Shown in pieces: positions 12,609 through 25,925 of a DNA stretch of 64,000 nucleotides. Below the pieces are notes generated by a model, which was not told the origin of the DNA, searched no databases, and worked only from the letters and a program-made list of their open reading frames with translations. Every line of letters starts with the position of its first letter. Positions within the stretch are counted from its first letter, which is position 1. The stretch spans positions 1 through 64,000 of the forward strand of contig NIVC01002286.1 of the NCBI GenBank assembly GCA_002269645.1, read 5' to 3'. This DNA is from Macrostomum lignano (Eukaryota). Made by a program: the position numbers and the translations under genes.

Positions 12609-15600
12609 TCACGAGGTGCCGCCCGCCCCGCTGCTGCCAACAAAGCCGCTGCCGGACCCGACGCCGCCCACAACTCCGCTGCTGCCGGCTCCGCCGACGC
12701 TGGCACCGCTGGCGGCTCCGGGCACGGCGGCGCCCAGGGTGGTGCCAACGCTGACGTGATGGTCGGGATAGTTGCAAGGCGACTGGTCAATCTGGTCGTA
12801 ATAGATTGTCAGCGACTTCTGCTGGCGAGTCCAGGTCTTCGTGTCCCAGTAGTAATAGAATCCGCGCTCGCCCTGCGGCGCCGGGATCTTCTCAACATTC
12901 TGCTGGCAGCGGGTCACCCACAGCTTCTCGCTCTTGATCCAGCGCCACTCGCGCCTGTGCAGCTCCTTGGCGGCGCTGAGCTGCAGGTGGTCGCAGGTGC
13001 AGTTGTAGAACAGCCAGAACAGCGTCTCGAACTGCAGCTGGTCGAGCGGAGGCGGCGGCAATTTTTCGCGAATCTGACTGCCAACCAGGTACTCCTGTGG
13101 CACCGGATAGTCGATGTACTGCGGCTTGGCTAGGCACTGCTCAGCCCACGGAGAGCCCAGGCAGGAGTAGATCTCGCTGGGCAAATGCGGGCACAGGGTT
13201 CGGAGCATAATGCAGTGTGGTTGAGCATACTGACTAACAAGTAACTGAATGCGATTGGATTTAGAGCGAATTCGGGCATCTGGGTCACCGATTTGGGTAT
13301 CCGGGTCACTGATTCGGGTATCCGGGTCACTGATTTGGGCATCTGGGTCACCGATTTGGGCATCTGGGTCACCGATTTGGGCATCTGGGTCACCGATTTG
13401 GGTATCCGGGTCACTGATTCGGGTATCCGGGTCACTGATTCGGGTATCCGGGTCACCGATTTGGGCATCTGGGTCACCGATTTAAGCATCTGGGTCACCG
13501 ATTTGGGTATCCGGGTCACTGATTCGGGTATCCGGGTCACTGATTCGGGTATCCGGGTCACCGATTTGGGCATCTGGGTCACCGATTTGGGCATCTGGGT
13601 CACCGATTTGGGTATCCGGGTCACTGATTCGGGTATCCGGGTCACTGATTCGGGTATCCGGGTCACCGATTCGGGTATCCGGGTCACTGATTCGGGTATC
13701 CGGGTCACTGATTCGGGTATCCGGGTCACTGATTTGGGTATCTGGGTCACCGATTTGGGCATCCGGGTCACTGATTCGGGTATCCGGGTCACTGATTCGG
13801 GTATTCGGGTCACTGATTTGGGTATCCGGGTCACTGATTCGGGTATCCGGGTCACTGATTTGGGTATCCGGGTCACCGATTTGGGTATCCGGGTCACTGA
13901 TTTGGGCATCTGGGTCACCGATTTGGGTATCCAGATCACTGATTTGGGCATCTGGGTCACTGATTTGGGCATCTGGGTCACTGATTTGGGCATCTGGGTC
14001 ACTTATTTGGGCATCTGGGTCACTGATTTGGGCATCTGGGTCACTGATTTGGGCATCTGGGTCACCGATTTGGGCATCTGGGTCACCGATTTGGGCATCT
14101 GGGTCACTGATTTGGGTATCTGGGTCACCGATTTGGGCATCTGGGTCACTGATTTGGGCATCTGGGTCACTGATTTGGGCATCTGGGTCACTAATTTGGG
14201 CATCTGGGTCACTGATTTGGGCATCTGGGTTACTGATTCCGGTATCTGGGTTACCAATTTGGGTATCTGGGTTACTGATTTGGGTATCTGGGTTACTGAT
14301 TTGGGTATCTGGGTTACCGATTTGGGTATCTGGGTTACTGATTTGGGTATCTGGGTTACCGATTTGGGTATCTGGGTTACTGATTTGGGTATCTGGGTTA
14401 CTGATTTGGGTATCTGGGTTACCGATTTGGGTATCGGGGTCACCGATTTGGGTATCCGGGTCACCAATTTGGGTATCGGGGTCACCGATTTGGGTATCCG
14501 GGTCACCAATATGCTTTTCAAAGTTATTGATTCGGGTATCCGGGTCACTGATTCGGGTATTCGGGTCACTGATTTGGGTATCCGGGTCACTGATTCGGGT
14601 ATCCGGGTCACTGATTTGGGTATCCGGGTCACCGATTTGGGTATCCGGGTCACTGATTTGGGCATCTGGGTCACCGATTTGGGTATCCAGATCACTGATT
14701 TGGGCATCTGGGTCACCGATTTGGGCATCTGGGTCACTGATTTGGGCATCTGGGTCACCGATTTGGGTATCCAGATCACTGATTTGGGCATCTGGGTCAC
14801 TGATTTGGGCATCTGGGTCACTGATTTGGGCATCTGGGTCACTGATTTGGGCATCTGGGTCACTGATTTGGGCATCTGGGTCACTGATTTGGGCATCTGG
14901 GTCACCGATTTGGGCATCTGGGTCACCGATTTGGGCATCTGGGTCACTGATTCGGGTATCTGGGTCACCGATTTGGGCATCTGGGTCACTGATTTGGGCA
15001 TCTGGGTCACTGATTTGGGCATCTGGGTCACTGATTTGGGCATCTGGGTCACTAATTTGGGCATCTGGGTCACCGATTTGGGCATCTGGGTTACTGATTC
15101 CGGTATCTGGGTCACCGATTTGGGTATCCGGGTCACCAATATGCTTTTCAAAGTTATTGATTCGGGTATCCGGGTCACTGATTCGGGTATTCGGGTCACT
15201 GATTTGGGTATCCGGGTCACTGATTCGGGTATCCATGTCACTGATTTGGGTATCCGGGTCACCGATTTGGGTATCCGGGTCACTGATTTGGGCATCTGGG
15301 TCACCGATTTGGGTATCCAGATCACTGATTTGGGCATCTGGGTCACCGATTTGGGCATCTGGGTCACTGATTTGGGCATCTGGGTCACCGATTTGGGTAT
15401 CCAGATCACTGATTTGGGCATCTGGGTCACTGATTTGGGCATCTGGGTCACTGATTTGGGCATCTGGGTCACTGATTTGGGCATCTGGGTCACTGATTTG
15501 GGCATCTGGGTCACTGATTTGGGCATCTGGGTCACCGATTTGGGCATCTGGGTCACCGATTTGGGCATCTGGGTCACTGATTCGGGTATCTGGGTCACCG

Positions 15601-17711
15601 ATTTGGGCATCTGGGTCACTGATTTGGGCATCTGGGTCACTGATTTGGGCATCTGGGTCACTGATTTGGGCATCTGGGTCACTAATTTGGGCATCTGGGT
15701 CACCGATTTGGGCATCTGGGTTACTGATTCCGGTATCTGGGTTACCAATTTGGGTATCTGGGTTACTGATTTGGGTATCTGGGTTACTGATTTGGGTATC
15801 TGGGTTACCGATTTGGGTATCTGGGTTACTGATTTGGGTATCTGGGTTACCGATTTGGGTATCTGGGTTACTGATTTGGGTATCTGGGTTACTGATTTGG
15901 GTATCTGGGTTACCGATTTGGGTATCGGGGTCACCGATTTGGGTATCCGGGTCACCAATTTGGGTATCGGGGTCACCGATTTGGGTATCCGGGTCACCAA
16001 TATGCTTTTCAAAGTTATTGATTTGGGTATCGGGGTCATCGATTTAGTATCGGCAGGGTGACTGCTGAAAGCCATAACCATAGACTTACGAAGTATTATT
16101 CAGCGGCAAGCCCAAAGAGTTGAGGTCGATGCCGGGCGCTATGATAACAAAGTTGGGATTCTCGTCTCCCACTTTTATTAGCGACAACAGGCCGATCATG
16201 CCGAACTGGTCCCGAACCATGCTCGCCGGGACGCCAGTAATGGAGCCGTTCTGGTGGTACACCACTGTGCTGCGACCCAGAGGTGTCATGGGGTCCGCTG
16301 AGCCGGGCAGACCCGCCGAAGCCGCCGCTGCAGCGGCCGTCCCGCCGTCGGCAAGGCTGCCGCCTGTCCCGGACACGCCAGCCGTCGCTAACGATGCTGA
16401 GTTCGGCGGCATGGCGACAGACGATGAGGCTGCAACGGAGCCAGGCGCGGCGGAAGTGGCCGGCTGAGTGCCCGGCAAAGCGGGGAAATCCTCCTGCTGG
16501 ATGCTGAACTCCTCGGGTGCTTTGCTAGCCGCGGAAACGAAGTTAATGCGGCCGGACACTCCGGCCGAGGCTGGCCGGCCAAGCATGGGAAACTCGGACG
16601 GGTCGGGTAGCCGCTTCTGCCCGACAGGGGCCTGCAGCATCAAGCCGGGGATGCTCCGCGCTTGGCTGCCGCCGCTGCCGCTGGCCAAGCCGAGGCCGCT
16701 TCCGGGCGGGACGCCGGATGCCAGACGGCCGCTGCCGACGCCGACAATCCCGACGCCGCTGCCGCCGGCGCCTTGTAGCTTGCCCGAGGCGCTGATCTGG
16801 CGCGAATAAGTCGCCATGGACGAGGCTGGCGAGCCAACGGACGACAGCAGGCCGTCGCTGAAGTCTGCTGACGAATGGTCGAATAGCTTACTGGCGCGCT
16901 GCTGGTCCGGCTGCGAGGACGGGCCCGGCGCTCCCAGCTGCTGGGGGAACAGGCCGGAGTTCGGCTGCTTGCCCACTGCCGAGTTCAGCGGCATGGAGGA
17001 TTGAAATCCTGCACCAATTATGCCGCCACCGCCACCGCTGCTCGATGACGGCACTGGGCTGGTGTTGCGCATCAGGCCGGGGAAGCCGCCGTCATCTGGC
17101 GACCAGCCGTATTGGTCCGTGTTGCTGAAGGCTCTGGGGACGGGGATGGGCGATTAGGAGATATACTACTGATACAGTAGCTTATAAATGATAATCTAGA
17201 GATACTACTATTACAGTAGCTTATAAATGATAATCCAGAGATACTACTGATACAGTAGCTTATAGATTATAATCCAGAGATACTACTGATACAGTAGCTT
17301 ATAAATGATAATCCAGAGATACTACTGATACAGTAGCTTATAAATGATAATCTAGCGATACTACTGATACAGTAGCTTATAAATGATAATCTAGACATAC
17401 TACTGATACAGTAGCTTATAAATGATAATCTAGACATACTACTGATACAGTAGCTTATAAATGATAATCTAGACATACTACTGATACAGTAGCTTATAAA
17501 TGATAATCTAGACATACTACTGATACAGTAGCTTATAAATGATAATCTAGACATACTACTGATACAGTAGCTTATAAATGATAATCTAGACATACTACTG
17601 ATACAGTAGCTTATAAATGATAATCTAAAGATACTACTTATACAGTGGTTTAGTTATAGCAGTTAATACAGGTGGAAAAGTCAAGCGAACTCACGGTCCT
17701 AATCCTGCCAT
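12609..17711 (-). CDS. CNOT2: CCR4-NOT subunit 2 (NOT2); coding exons 17711-17695 (exon 17786-17695), 17133-16090 and 13176-12609
   Basis: FSIQQEDFPALPG, DQFGMIGLLSLI..GIDLNSLGL.LN and NOT-box SPWA..IDYPVPQEY..LFWLFY..QLSAAKEL..REWRW..ERGFYYYWD. Junctions are phase-consistent (TC|gt..ag|C = Ser; CC|gt..ag|A = Pro). The start codon at 17711 is tentative. A probable 5'UTR exon donor GTAAGT lies at 23174. Confidence 0.92.
13273..16040. repeat. 21-bp minisatellite (GGGTCACYGATTYGGGYATCY)n filling the 2.9-kb CNOT2 intron
   Basis: Visible period; lies between donor 16089 and acceptor 13177. Confidence 0.97.
17158..17645. repeat. 39-bp minisatellite (TACTACTGATACAGTAGCTTATAAATGATAATCTAGACA)n in a CNOT2 intron
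   Basis: About 12 copies; internal hairpin CTACTG-ATA-CAGTAG. Confidence 0.95.
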
Positions 17712-20700
17712 TGGATGGTTGAATTGTTGCGCATGGAATAATGGCAAGGCGCTGGGTTCAATGCGAGGCTGCACTTGGAATTCAGGCTGAAAATGCAATT
17801 AAAAAACTGTAATTAAAATAAACTATAGAAATCCTATGTATACTCGTAAAAGGCGAAACTTGATGTAGGAACAAAAGATAAAATAAACAGTAGATCCAAT
17901 GCTAATAGGATTCCTGGATGCTAAGGGAAATTCAGATACATTTTATGGCTAAAAACCTTGACACCAGGGGTAATGTATTTTTAAGGGCTGCTATTTTTTA
18001 ACCAATAGGCCCACATCTTTACTTTTTATTCAATGAAATGCACCTAAACAAATGCTAACCCCATCCCTTCAAGTTTGTGGGAATTAAGGCCCCCAAATCC
18101 ATGTTCTATAAACTTGATTCTTAATGCTCCACTTCCTTTAAAGCCTTAAATCTGAGCACAACATGCTTGCAATTGCTCAAGCACCCCTGCCTTTCCTCAA
18201 GATGTGCCATATATTGTCCCATCTTTAACTCCCTCCCTTCATTTATGAGTTACAAGCCTACAAACCCAAATATTTTTTACTCTTCAAACTAAAACATCTG
18301 TTCTCCAGTCCATCTAAAGCCTTCTCAAATTTAAACAATATGCTCAATTGTTATGCCTCATTCCTCTGCCTTTCCTCAGAACACAACTGTCTCTAATTCC
18401 TTCCCGATATTAATGAGCAAAAATCCTGCACCAACACAAAACCCATGACTAGTTCCAAATATTTTCCTTATATCAAAGCAACTATTCTATATTGAAATTA
18501 TCAACTTTCTAACTCTGATTTGAACCAAATATTTGGTTGATTGGATTTGATTCTAAATATTCTGAATATTCATTGATTCAATACTCAATGATTCAAGTCT
18601 AGTCATATATATAGGCCTATTTGTTATCTTTATATATATACCATATTGTCTTATTTTAATGAAGTTAATTAATATACTAGTAGTTTGATATAATAAAATG
18701 GTATACATAAAATCTATAGATATTGCATAAAATGATGATTTGAGGTTTTGGCATATTGAGGTTATATCTTAAATAATAGTCTAGACCAATGTACATGGTT
18801 TACTAGAAAGTGTTTATGGTTAGCAATGCTAACCATTTGCTAACCATTGAGATTAAACACAGTACTCTTTTAAAAAGGTTTTTTAAGTTAAATCTTTTAG
18901 ATAGACCATATACAAGCTTTTTAGACTTTAGATGTTACAACTTCTTTATAGTTTCTATAAAGAATTTTAAATAAAAAACTAAATAGTATTTATAAGATAA
19001 AAATACCAAAAAATAAACATTTAAAATCTAGTTAATATATTAACTTGCTAGCAAATCTTATTATTCAGATAATTGATTTTTTGCCCTTTAACTATTTTAG
19101 TAATAGACATTTTGCTTAGACTTTGTAGTCTATATAGATCATTTTGCCCCAAAGCAAAATCAACCATAGAATAGTTTGGCCATATTAATTAAAAATTAAT
19201 AGATTCAAACAAGCTAAAATAGTAAGGATATACATAATAGCAACTCTACCAAGATTTTGAAAGTTGCACTATGGTAATTTTTGCCAAAACACTTTTAGTT
19301 TTATTAATATTTTTATTAAACTTTTTTACTCAGTCTGACCAATTTCTATATCCAATGTATCATTTTTTAGCCTTTCTATTACTAATCTGTTGATAAGAAT
19401 AGGTACAGGTCACATTGGCAAAAAGAAAATTTAGTAAGTCATTTTGGAAAAAGTCAGTTCAATGAAAGTCATTTCAGAGAAAGAATTTATATAAAAAGTT
19501 ATTATAAAACATCTTTAAACAAACAAAATACAATTGTATTATGCTATTGATACCTAGGATATTTATTTAAGATAGTTTAGTATATTAAAAGTTATTTCTT
19601 AACTGAAAAAAACAAAGCTAATTTACTAAAAAAGTAAAATGATATAGTCTATCAAAAATTATATTAATATTTAATAAAAAATTGGTTAAAAGTTGAAAAA
19701 AATTTAATAAATTTCTTTAGCATTTTATATTTAATTTTGTTAGAAATTTTCATTTGTGTTTAATCAAAAATAAAGAAACTTTAATTTTTGTGAATATCAC
19801 AATTTTAATATGGTTTTTTTCATAAAGAAAATAATATAATTTATTATAATCCCAATGAAGACCAGAAATTTATTTATAAAGTTTTTATCTATGAAATTTT
19901 GGCAATCCTTTACTTTTGCACATTTAATTATTTTTTTAAATAATGACTTTTTTAATTACTGCAAGTAAATATTTGAACTTGTGCAAAGGTAAGATGTCTA
20001 CTAGTTTAAGGTGGCCAAAACCTACTATTGCTCTGCTATTTAAGTTTTGGCCATAGACAATTGCTCCTTGTTTTTTTGAAAAGGCACTAGGACAAAAAGG
20101 ATGGGTGTTGCATTCTTTGGTATATGCATGCTAGTGGAATGGTTAACTCTATTATTGATTCTTATTACTAGCCTATGACCACCCCTCTCTGTCAGTCTTT
20201 TCCCATGTATGCACTTGTGAGGATGGCTACATACTTGTAGACTGCCCAGCTAGACATACTACTCGTAAATATATATGAGTCAGGAGGCCACTGGCCCAAG
20301 TACCTTTCTCTTTCTTAGTTGTTTGAAGATAGAATCTCAGAGTCTCAGAACATAATTGTTATTTTTACAGCAATGGGTATTCTGAGAGATTTATTGCCTT
20401 GCTTGTTTTCTTATCATCTTGAACAATAACTATTGTGCAATCATGGCTGGATACCCTATAGTACCCACTAGTATAATTCCAATTGCAGATATTCAACTTG
20501 CAGCAGACCTTATATAACTTATACCTAACAATGTGTAAGCTTACTTATAGCCACCAACATGCCCACAATGCTGGATTTAGGCCTCAATCCAAAAAGGGTC
20601 CTTTTTTGAGTCTAGCCATCTGCCTTTGACCCAGAAAATTAATATTATATACTAGTAGGCAATGTAGGCCAAGCAAGAAGACACCTAGTAACAATATGAA

Positions 20701-23700
20701 AATATTACTATTTAGACCATTATGGATTGGCAAAACTTTATCTACAATATCTATAGTTAGTATCTGCAAGATTATCTATTGTAGCTAGAGCTAGGAGGGC
20801 TTAGTGTCAATGTTAAAATCAATGAAAGCTATTTCTTTTATTGCAAATAGGCCCTGCTATCAAGGCCAATGTTGGCTAGACTAGTAAGTTTAAAGTATAA
20901 TCAAATTGCGCTCTACCTGCTGCATAATGGTGGCCATACTAGATTGTAGTGCAACTAGCATCTTGCCCCTAGTGCAATAGTATATGCTGCCTGGGATTAT
21001 AGATAAAGTGGCAAGCATACAATCAGCTGCCTAACTATCTAACAATTAACTACTAGCTGCATTTTATTGACCCCAACAACCCAACAACGGTGATCTTGTG
21101 TGCGTGCTTTCAGCTTGATTGGCTCGCTTTGCTCGCTCTTTCTCGCTATCTACTATCTATAGCCAGGACCTGCACCGGAGCGGTTACGAAAATTAGATTT
21201 CTCAGTAGTTGCACGTACTCTTTTGCACTACTTGAGTAGTCTGATTTTCGTTCGGCATGGCTGGTTCTAGCAGGTAGTTCCTCTGGATAAAAGCGCTTAC
21301 TGCGCCCATTGGCTTTCCAGCTGCCTTAATCATTTCCGGTGATCTTGTGTGCATGCTTTCAGCTTGATTGGCTGTGGCAAGCAAGCTCGAAAAAGCTCAC
21401 TTCGCTCACTCTTTCTCGCTATCTACTAACAATTAACTACTAGCTGCATTTTGACCCCAACAACCTAAATATTTATATTAATACAATTAAGGACATATGA
21501 GCCTATGCTAAGACTTAGTTTAAGGCTATTTATGGCATATCCAAGGCCCTGTTCAATATCCACCTAGATGAGTTTCTATGGCATTATTGCCACTTGTGCA
21601 ATACCTTTAGCAACATTTTTCTAGGTGACACACTATTATAATACCTAATGCAACCAAACATGAAATAATAAACTTGTTAACTATTGTTAAACTTTTATTA
21701 AAACTTTGTTCAAAATTTGTTAATGTTACATTTATTAAATATAATTAAATCTACAAAAGTAAAGGATTGCCAATTTTTTATTTTCTTTTTAGTTTATTAT
21801 ATTTGCTTTTAAACTCTAATATAATCTATGGTCAGGAAAGTGCAACAAAAGTTACATATGTAATTTTAAATGTTTTTTTAATTTCTGTTTTGAGTTTAAA
21901 AAATGATTGTTGTAATAGTTTTTCAGGTATAAATATAATGTTACCATAATTTAAAAAACCTTTTTGTGCCATTTTAAATTGAAAAAAGCAAGTTTGTTAT
22001 TGTGTTTCATCTTTTATATGTGAATAAGATGTTAATACAATATAGACAGCATTAGGTAAAATGCTCTATGTGTTATATGTGTATACACGTCACACAATAA
22101 ATTTTTTTCTGTGCCATTTGCGCCGTGTGCCAAAAAATCCTTTGTGTGTGCCCCAATTTTGTATGAAATCTATCACCTTCCTGATTGTGGGATATAATTA
22201 TATTGCAAATTTAGTCAATTTTAGGACCTTTATTGAAGTATTTACAATATAAGATATAAACTAAAAATTGATGTACTTTGCTATATTCTAATAATATTCT
22301 TAATAAACCTCAATAACAATATTATTATATTTAAGTTATATAGAGCATACCTAGCCTAAGCAAAAATTGATTCTTATTATAGCATAGGCTTAGATATTTT
22401 AGAGGAAAAAATTAGGCCTACACCAAACAAAATTAGCAATATAATAGGAAAGATAATAAAATACAAAACAAATAGATATTAAGATGTGATATAAAATGTG
22501 TAGCCCCTAGCTGCTAAGCTAGGCTAGGGCCAAGGCCTAGGCCTAAACTATAATTTAAAATTAAGCCCTAATTATTTTTTTAACAATCAATTTGCAATAT
22601 AATAAGGGCCTTATCAAGGAAAATAAATTAATATTCAAGATATCCAAAGATCATTAGGAATGAAAAGTTTTGCATCCTCCACTGCACAGTCTAGATCATA
22701 CATAACATAGACTGGTATATCTGTTGCTTGCTTGCTATAGTTGGCATTGGATTGGACACTGGCAACAATAAAAAATTGATATAAATGTGCTATGTTTCGT
22801 TTTATTATTATGCCTGCGCTTTATTTTTTCGAATCAGGTGTTTTGGACGGATACAAAAATGTCAGATTATTCTTCAAGAAACCCACACATTTCCAATTAA
22901 TCATTAATTAAAGAATTAATGCAAAGAATTCTTTGGGCTTGGTTTTTGGGGGATTCAGTCTTCCATGACTTGTGATTCTTTTCTTATGTTTATTATCATA
23001 AAAATTACTTCTCTAAAACTGCTTGTTTAAAATTTCTATCATTTCTATCAGGCTCAGAAATGTTTAAGAACAAACCGTCCAAGCTGCTGGTTGAACAAAT
23101 AAAGAACCGCTGAATTCGCTGATTTTAGAAAAAATATTTTTTTTGGATTTTTTTAACTTTTAAACAAAACTTACGTTGTCTAGAACAAGAAATAGATTAA
23201 AATAGTTTCGTAGCAGAAGATTTAAAATGTTTGCATTTATTTACCACATTCCAAGAAACAAATTTGTTTCTTATTGCTCCTACTCGTACGCCGATTTGAT
23301 GATTTACTTTTCAACACTACGAGTACATTCAGAATATATTGTTGCAATTATTGATTATACTTAAGGAATCTTACAGCTACTGCCAACTGGGTTTTATAAA
23401 TGGTTGTCTCAAAATAGTGCGAGCAAATTTTGTTTAAGGGTTTAGTAACTTAATAAGTAGCAAAAATTTTTATGCTGCAAAGCCAGAGCGAGAGACATGG
23501 CACAGAGGGCGGCGCGCAGATAAATAAGCGGGTGAGCAAACACCCCCCCCCACCCCACGAAGGGGTAGAGAGGAAGGCGCACAAAGCGGCACAAGTACAG
23601 CGCGAGCTGGAGTGGATGGCTAACACCCATTTCAATTCACTCATAAAGGAGCCCTAAGAGAAATGGAAGGCATTATACCCATTACAATATTGTTACTATT

Positions 23701-25397
23701 TGCTGTAGTACACAATTATTACCCATCACAGTAATGCTACTTTTGTACATTCAAGTACATAAAACATGCGATTTGCCTATAGTTCTGTACTACATTTATA
23801 CTCATAGTATTCCTACACAAGTATGTATGTTATGTATGTTTATAACAAGTAGTTAAGTAAAGACCGCTGGGTTTTCCTGAAAGACATGATTTAAGACCAT
23901 CGATGACATCGGTCCTAAACTATAGCTCATGAGTATAAAGAAGTAGAGAACGAAAACGATACCCAAAATATCCTCATTGGAAACAAAGTCGACTAACTAA
24001 GGCGGGTAGTCATAGTTAAGTACAAAATAAACGACGATACAAAAAGTACGTTTTAGTTTCTGATACGAGCGTATTTAGATTTGCAACCATAACAGAGTTA
24101 AAAGCTTTACGTTAATGAAAACGTATATTTAAGTGCTGAACTATTTTAATTAAATTTTATACCGGTACAGGTATAGAGATTAGAGATATCCCAATAGTAG
24201 CAAACAAGAAAGGCCGTGCCAAAATTAATAAGAAATAAAGATGCGCTCTTAGCTAGAAACAATTAAGCATAACGTGCAACAATAAAAGCGAAGCCAAACA
24301 AAAATCGCAGCAATAAAGTTGTAACAAAACGACACAACAGGAACATTAATTTTATAAACATAAATAGCAAAAACTTCTTTCGGTCTGATAAATATGCATC
24401 AACAACGATAACTTCTAGCGCGAAATGCTACTTCCACATACACTAAGTATCTAAACAGGTAACGCATAATAGAAACAATTTTGACTACCAACTAACGACC
24501 AGAAGAGAGCATCGTGCAGCTACAATCAAGCTGGGCTTAGAGGTGGAGCATACCGTAAAATACTTTGTCACGCATTAACGAATAAGCAGACGACCACACG
24601 AGTTAAGACAATTTATCTGCTCGCAAGCTGACGGACAACTTTGATGTTTTTCTATTTCTTCTCTAGAACTCATATACTCAGCAACATTGAAACACGCCAC
24701 ACTTTTCCCCAGTGAGCAGTGTCTCGATCATCGTCTATCACCTGGCCAACCATTTTGAGATGAAAAATGCTTGGAAAAAAAACAATGACAACCGGGCGGA
24801 AGCTTCAATCCATCCAATTTTCGCCCTCCGATCGTCCCAAGTCCCTCCTCACTCAGCCCAACTCTGCATCGCGTGGCGCAAGTTGTGTCACTCAAAAATC
24901 AACACTGAGCTGAAATTTACTGCGCACTCTCAAAGGTGGCGACTTTTTAATGTTGTTGAGTATATAATCCAGAGCAACACCAATAGCTAAAACTAACTTT
25001 ATGTTTAAGCGGCAACGGCATTAAAAAGCTAGAATGGATTCGAAGTAATGACAAGGATAATACGGCAAAGTTCAGTCCGCTGTTAAAATTGTTTAAGCAA
25101 TTGCGCTGCCAGAAAACATGCAAGTGGGACACAAAACAATAAAGTAAATTTTAACAAATTAAAAACTAAGAGAAGTACATGCGGACAGCCGATTCGCTAT
25201 GAGGCCAGTTTTATAGTAAACCTTTTACATTGTACATTACAAACTCGTGTTTTTCGTGTTAATTTACATTATTATTTTATGGTTTTGCAGTTCGCTAACA
25301 GTCTGACCTATGAACTCGATTTTTTGCTTTGTTAAAGTCTAAACACATCCTAATTAGATTCGCGATTAAGAGTAAAAAAGTGCGCCACTTGTTGCAT

Positions 25398-25925
25398 TTA
25401 CGAGCGCACCCCGGATGCAGCATTTTCTGCTACAATTGGAGCAGCAGCAGTTGGAGCATCCACAGCAGCAGGTGGAGCGGCGGCAGCTTCTCCGCCATTG
25501 TTGACTGCCTGAGGCTGAGCTGCTGCCTTAGTGGCAGCGGCAGCGGCGGCCACCTCGGTGGAATCGGCCGGCGGCAGGTCGGACTTGGCCACCTGGACGA
25601 AGCCAACAAGAAGGTCGCCATCCGCGCCCTGAGCAGCCACGGCGGCTTTGACCTCGGCCGAGTCGGCGGGCGGAACGTCAGCGCCGTTTACCATTTCGAA
25701 ATCATCGGTGGCAACATCCCTGACTGCAGCTGGCGGCTCCGCCGGCGCCTTAGCAGGCGATGTGGACCGCGGCTTCGCCGACGGAGTTTTCTGCTTTTTA
25801 GCCGGAGATGGGGCGGCAGGCGGCGGTGGCGGAGGCTGCGGCCGGGATGCCAGACGGCCGGAGCGGCGCTGCGGCTGGGCGTTGGCCGAGTCGGTAGCGG
25901 CGGCGGCAGAACGTTTTCGTGGCAT
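25398..25925 (-). CDS. 175-aa intrinsically disordered basic/acidic protein with an HMGN-like nucleosome-binding motif (PQRRSGRLASRP)
   Basis: GC-rich coding-like island. ATG at 25925 (MPRKRS) follows a strong acceptor CAACTTTCAG at 25973; stop TAA at 25398; a long CpG-normal 3'UTR-like region follows. The HMGN assignment is inference from motif and charge architecture. Confidence 0.8.
   Translation of the reverse strand: MPRKRSAAAATDSANAQPQRRSGRLASRPQPPPPPPAAPSPAKKQKTPSAKPRSTSPAKAPAEPPAAVRDVATDDFEMVNGADVPPADSAEVKAAVAAQGADGDLLVGFVQVAKSDLPPADSTEVAAAAAATKAAAQPQAVNNGGEAAAAPPAAVDAPTAAAPIVAENAASGVRS

Noticed and set aside
12017-13133. Plus-strand ORFs overlapping CNOT2 (and similar antisense ORFs over PIH1D1, the GPCR and the dsRBP gene)
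   Set aside because: Antisense shadows of GC-rich coding exons.
13130-16081. 584-922-aa ORFs (VTDLGIW, SVTQMPK, ISDPDAQ)
   Set aside because: They lie inside a phase-consistent CNOT2 intron, and retention hits TAA in the donor immediately.
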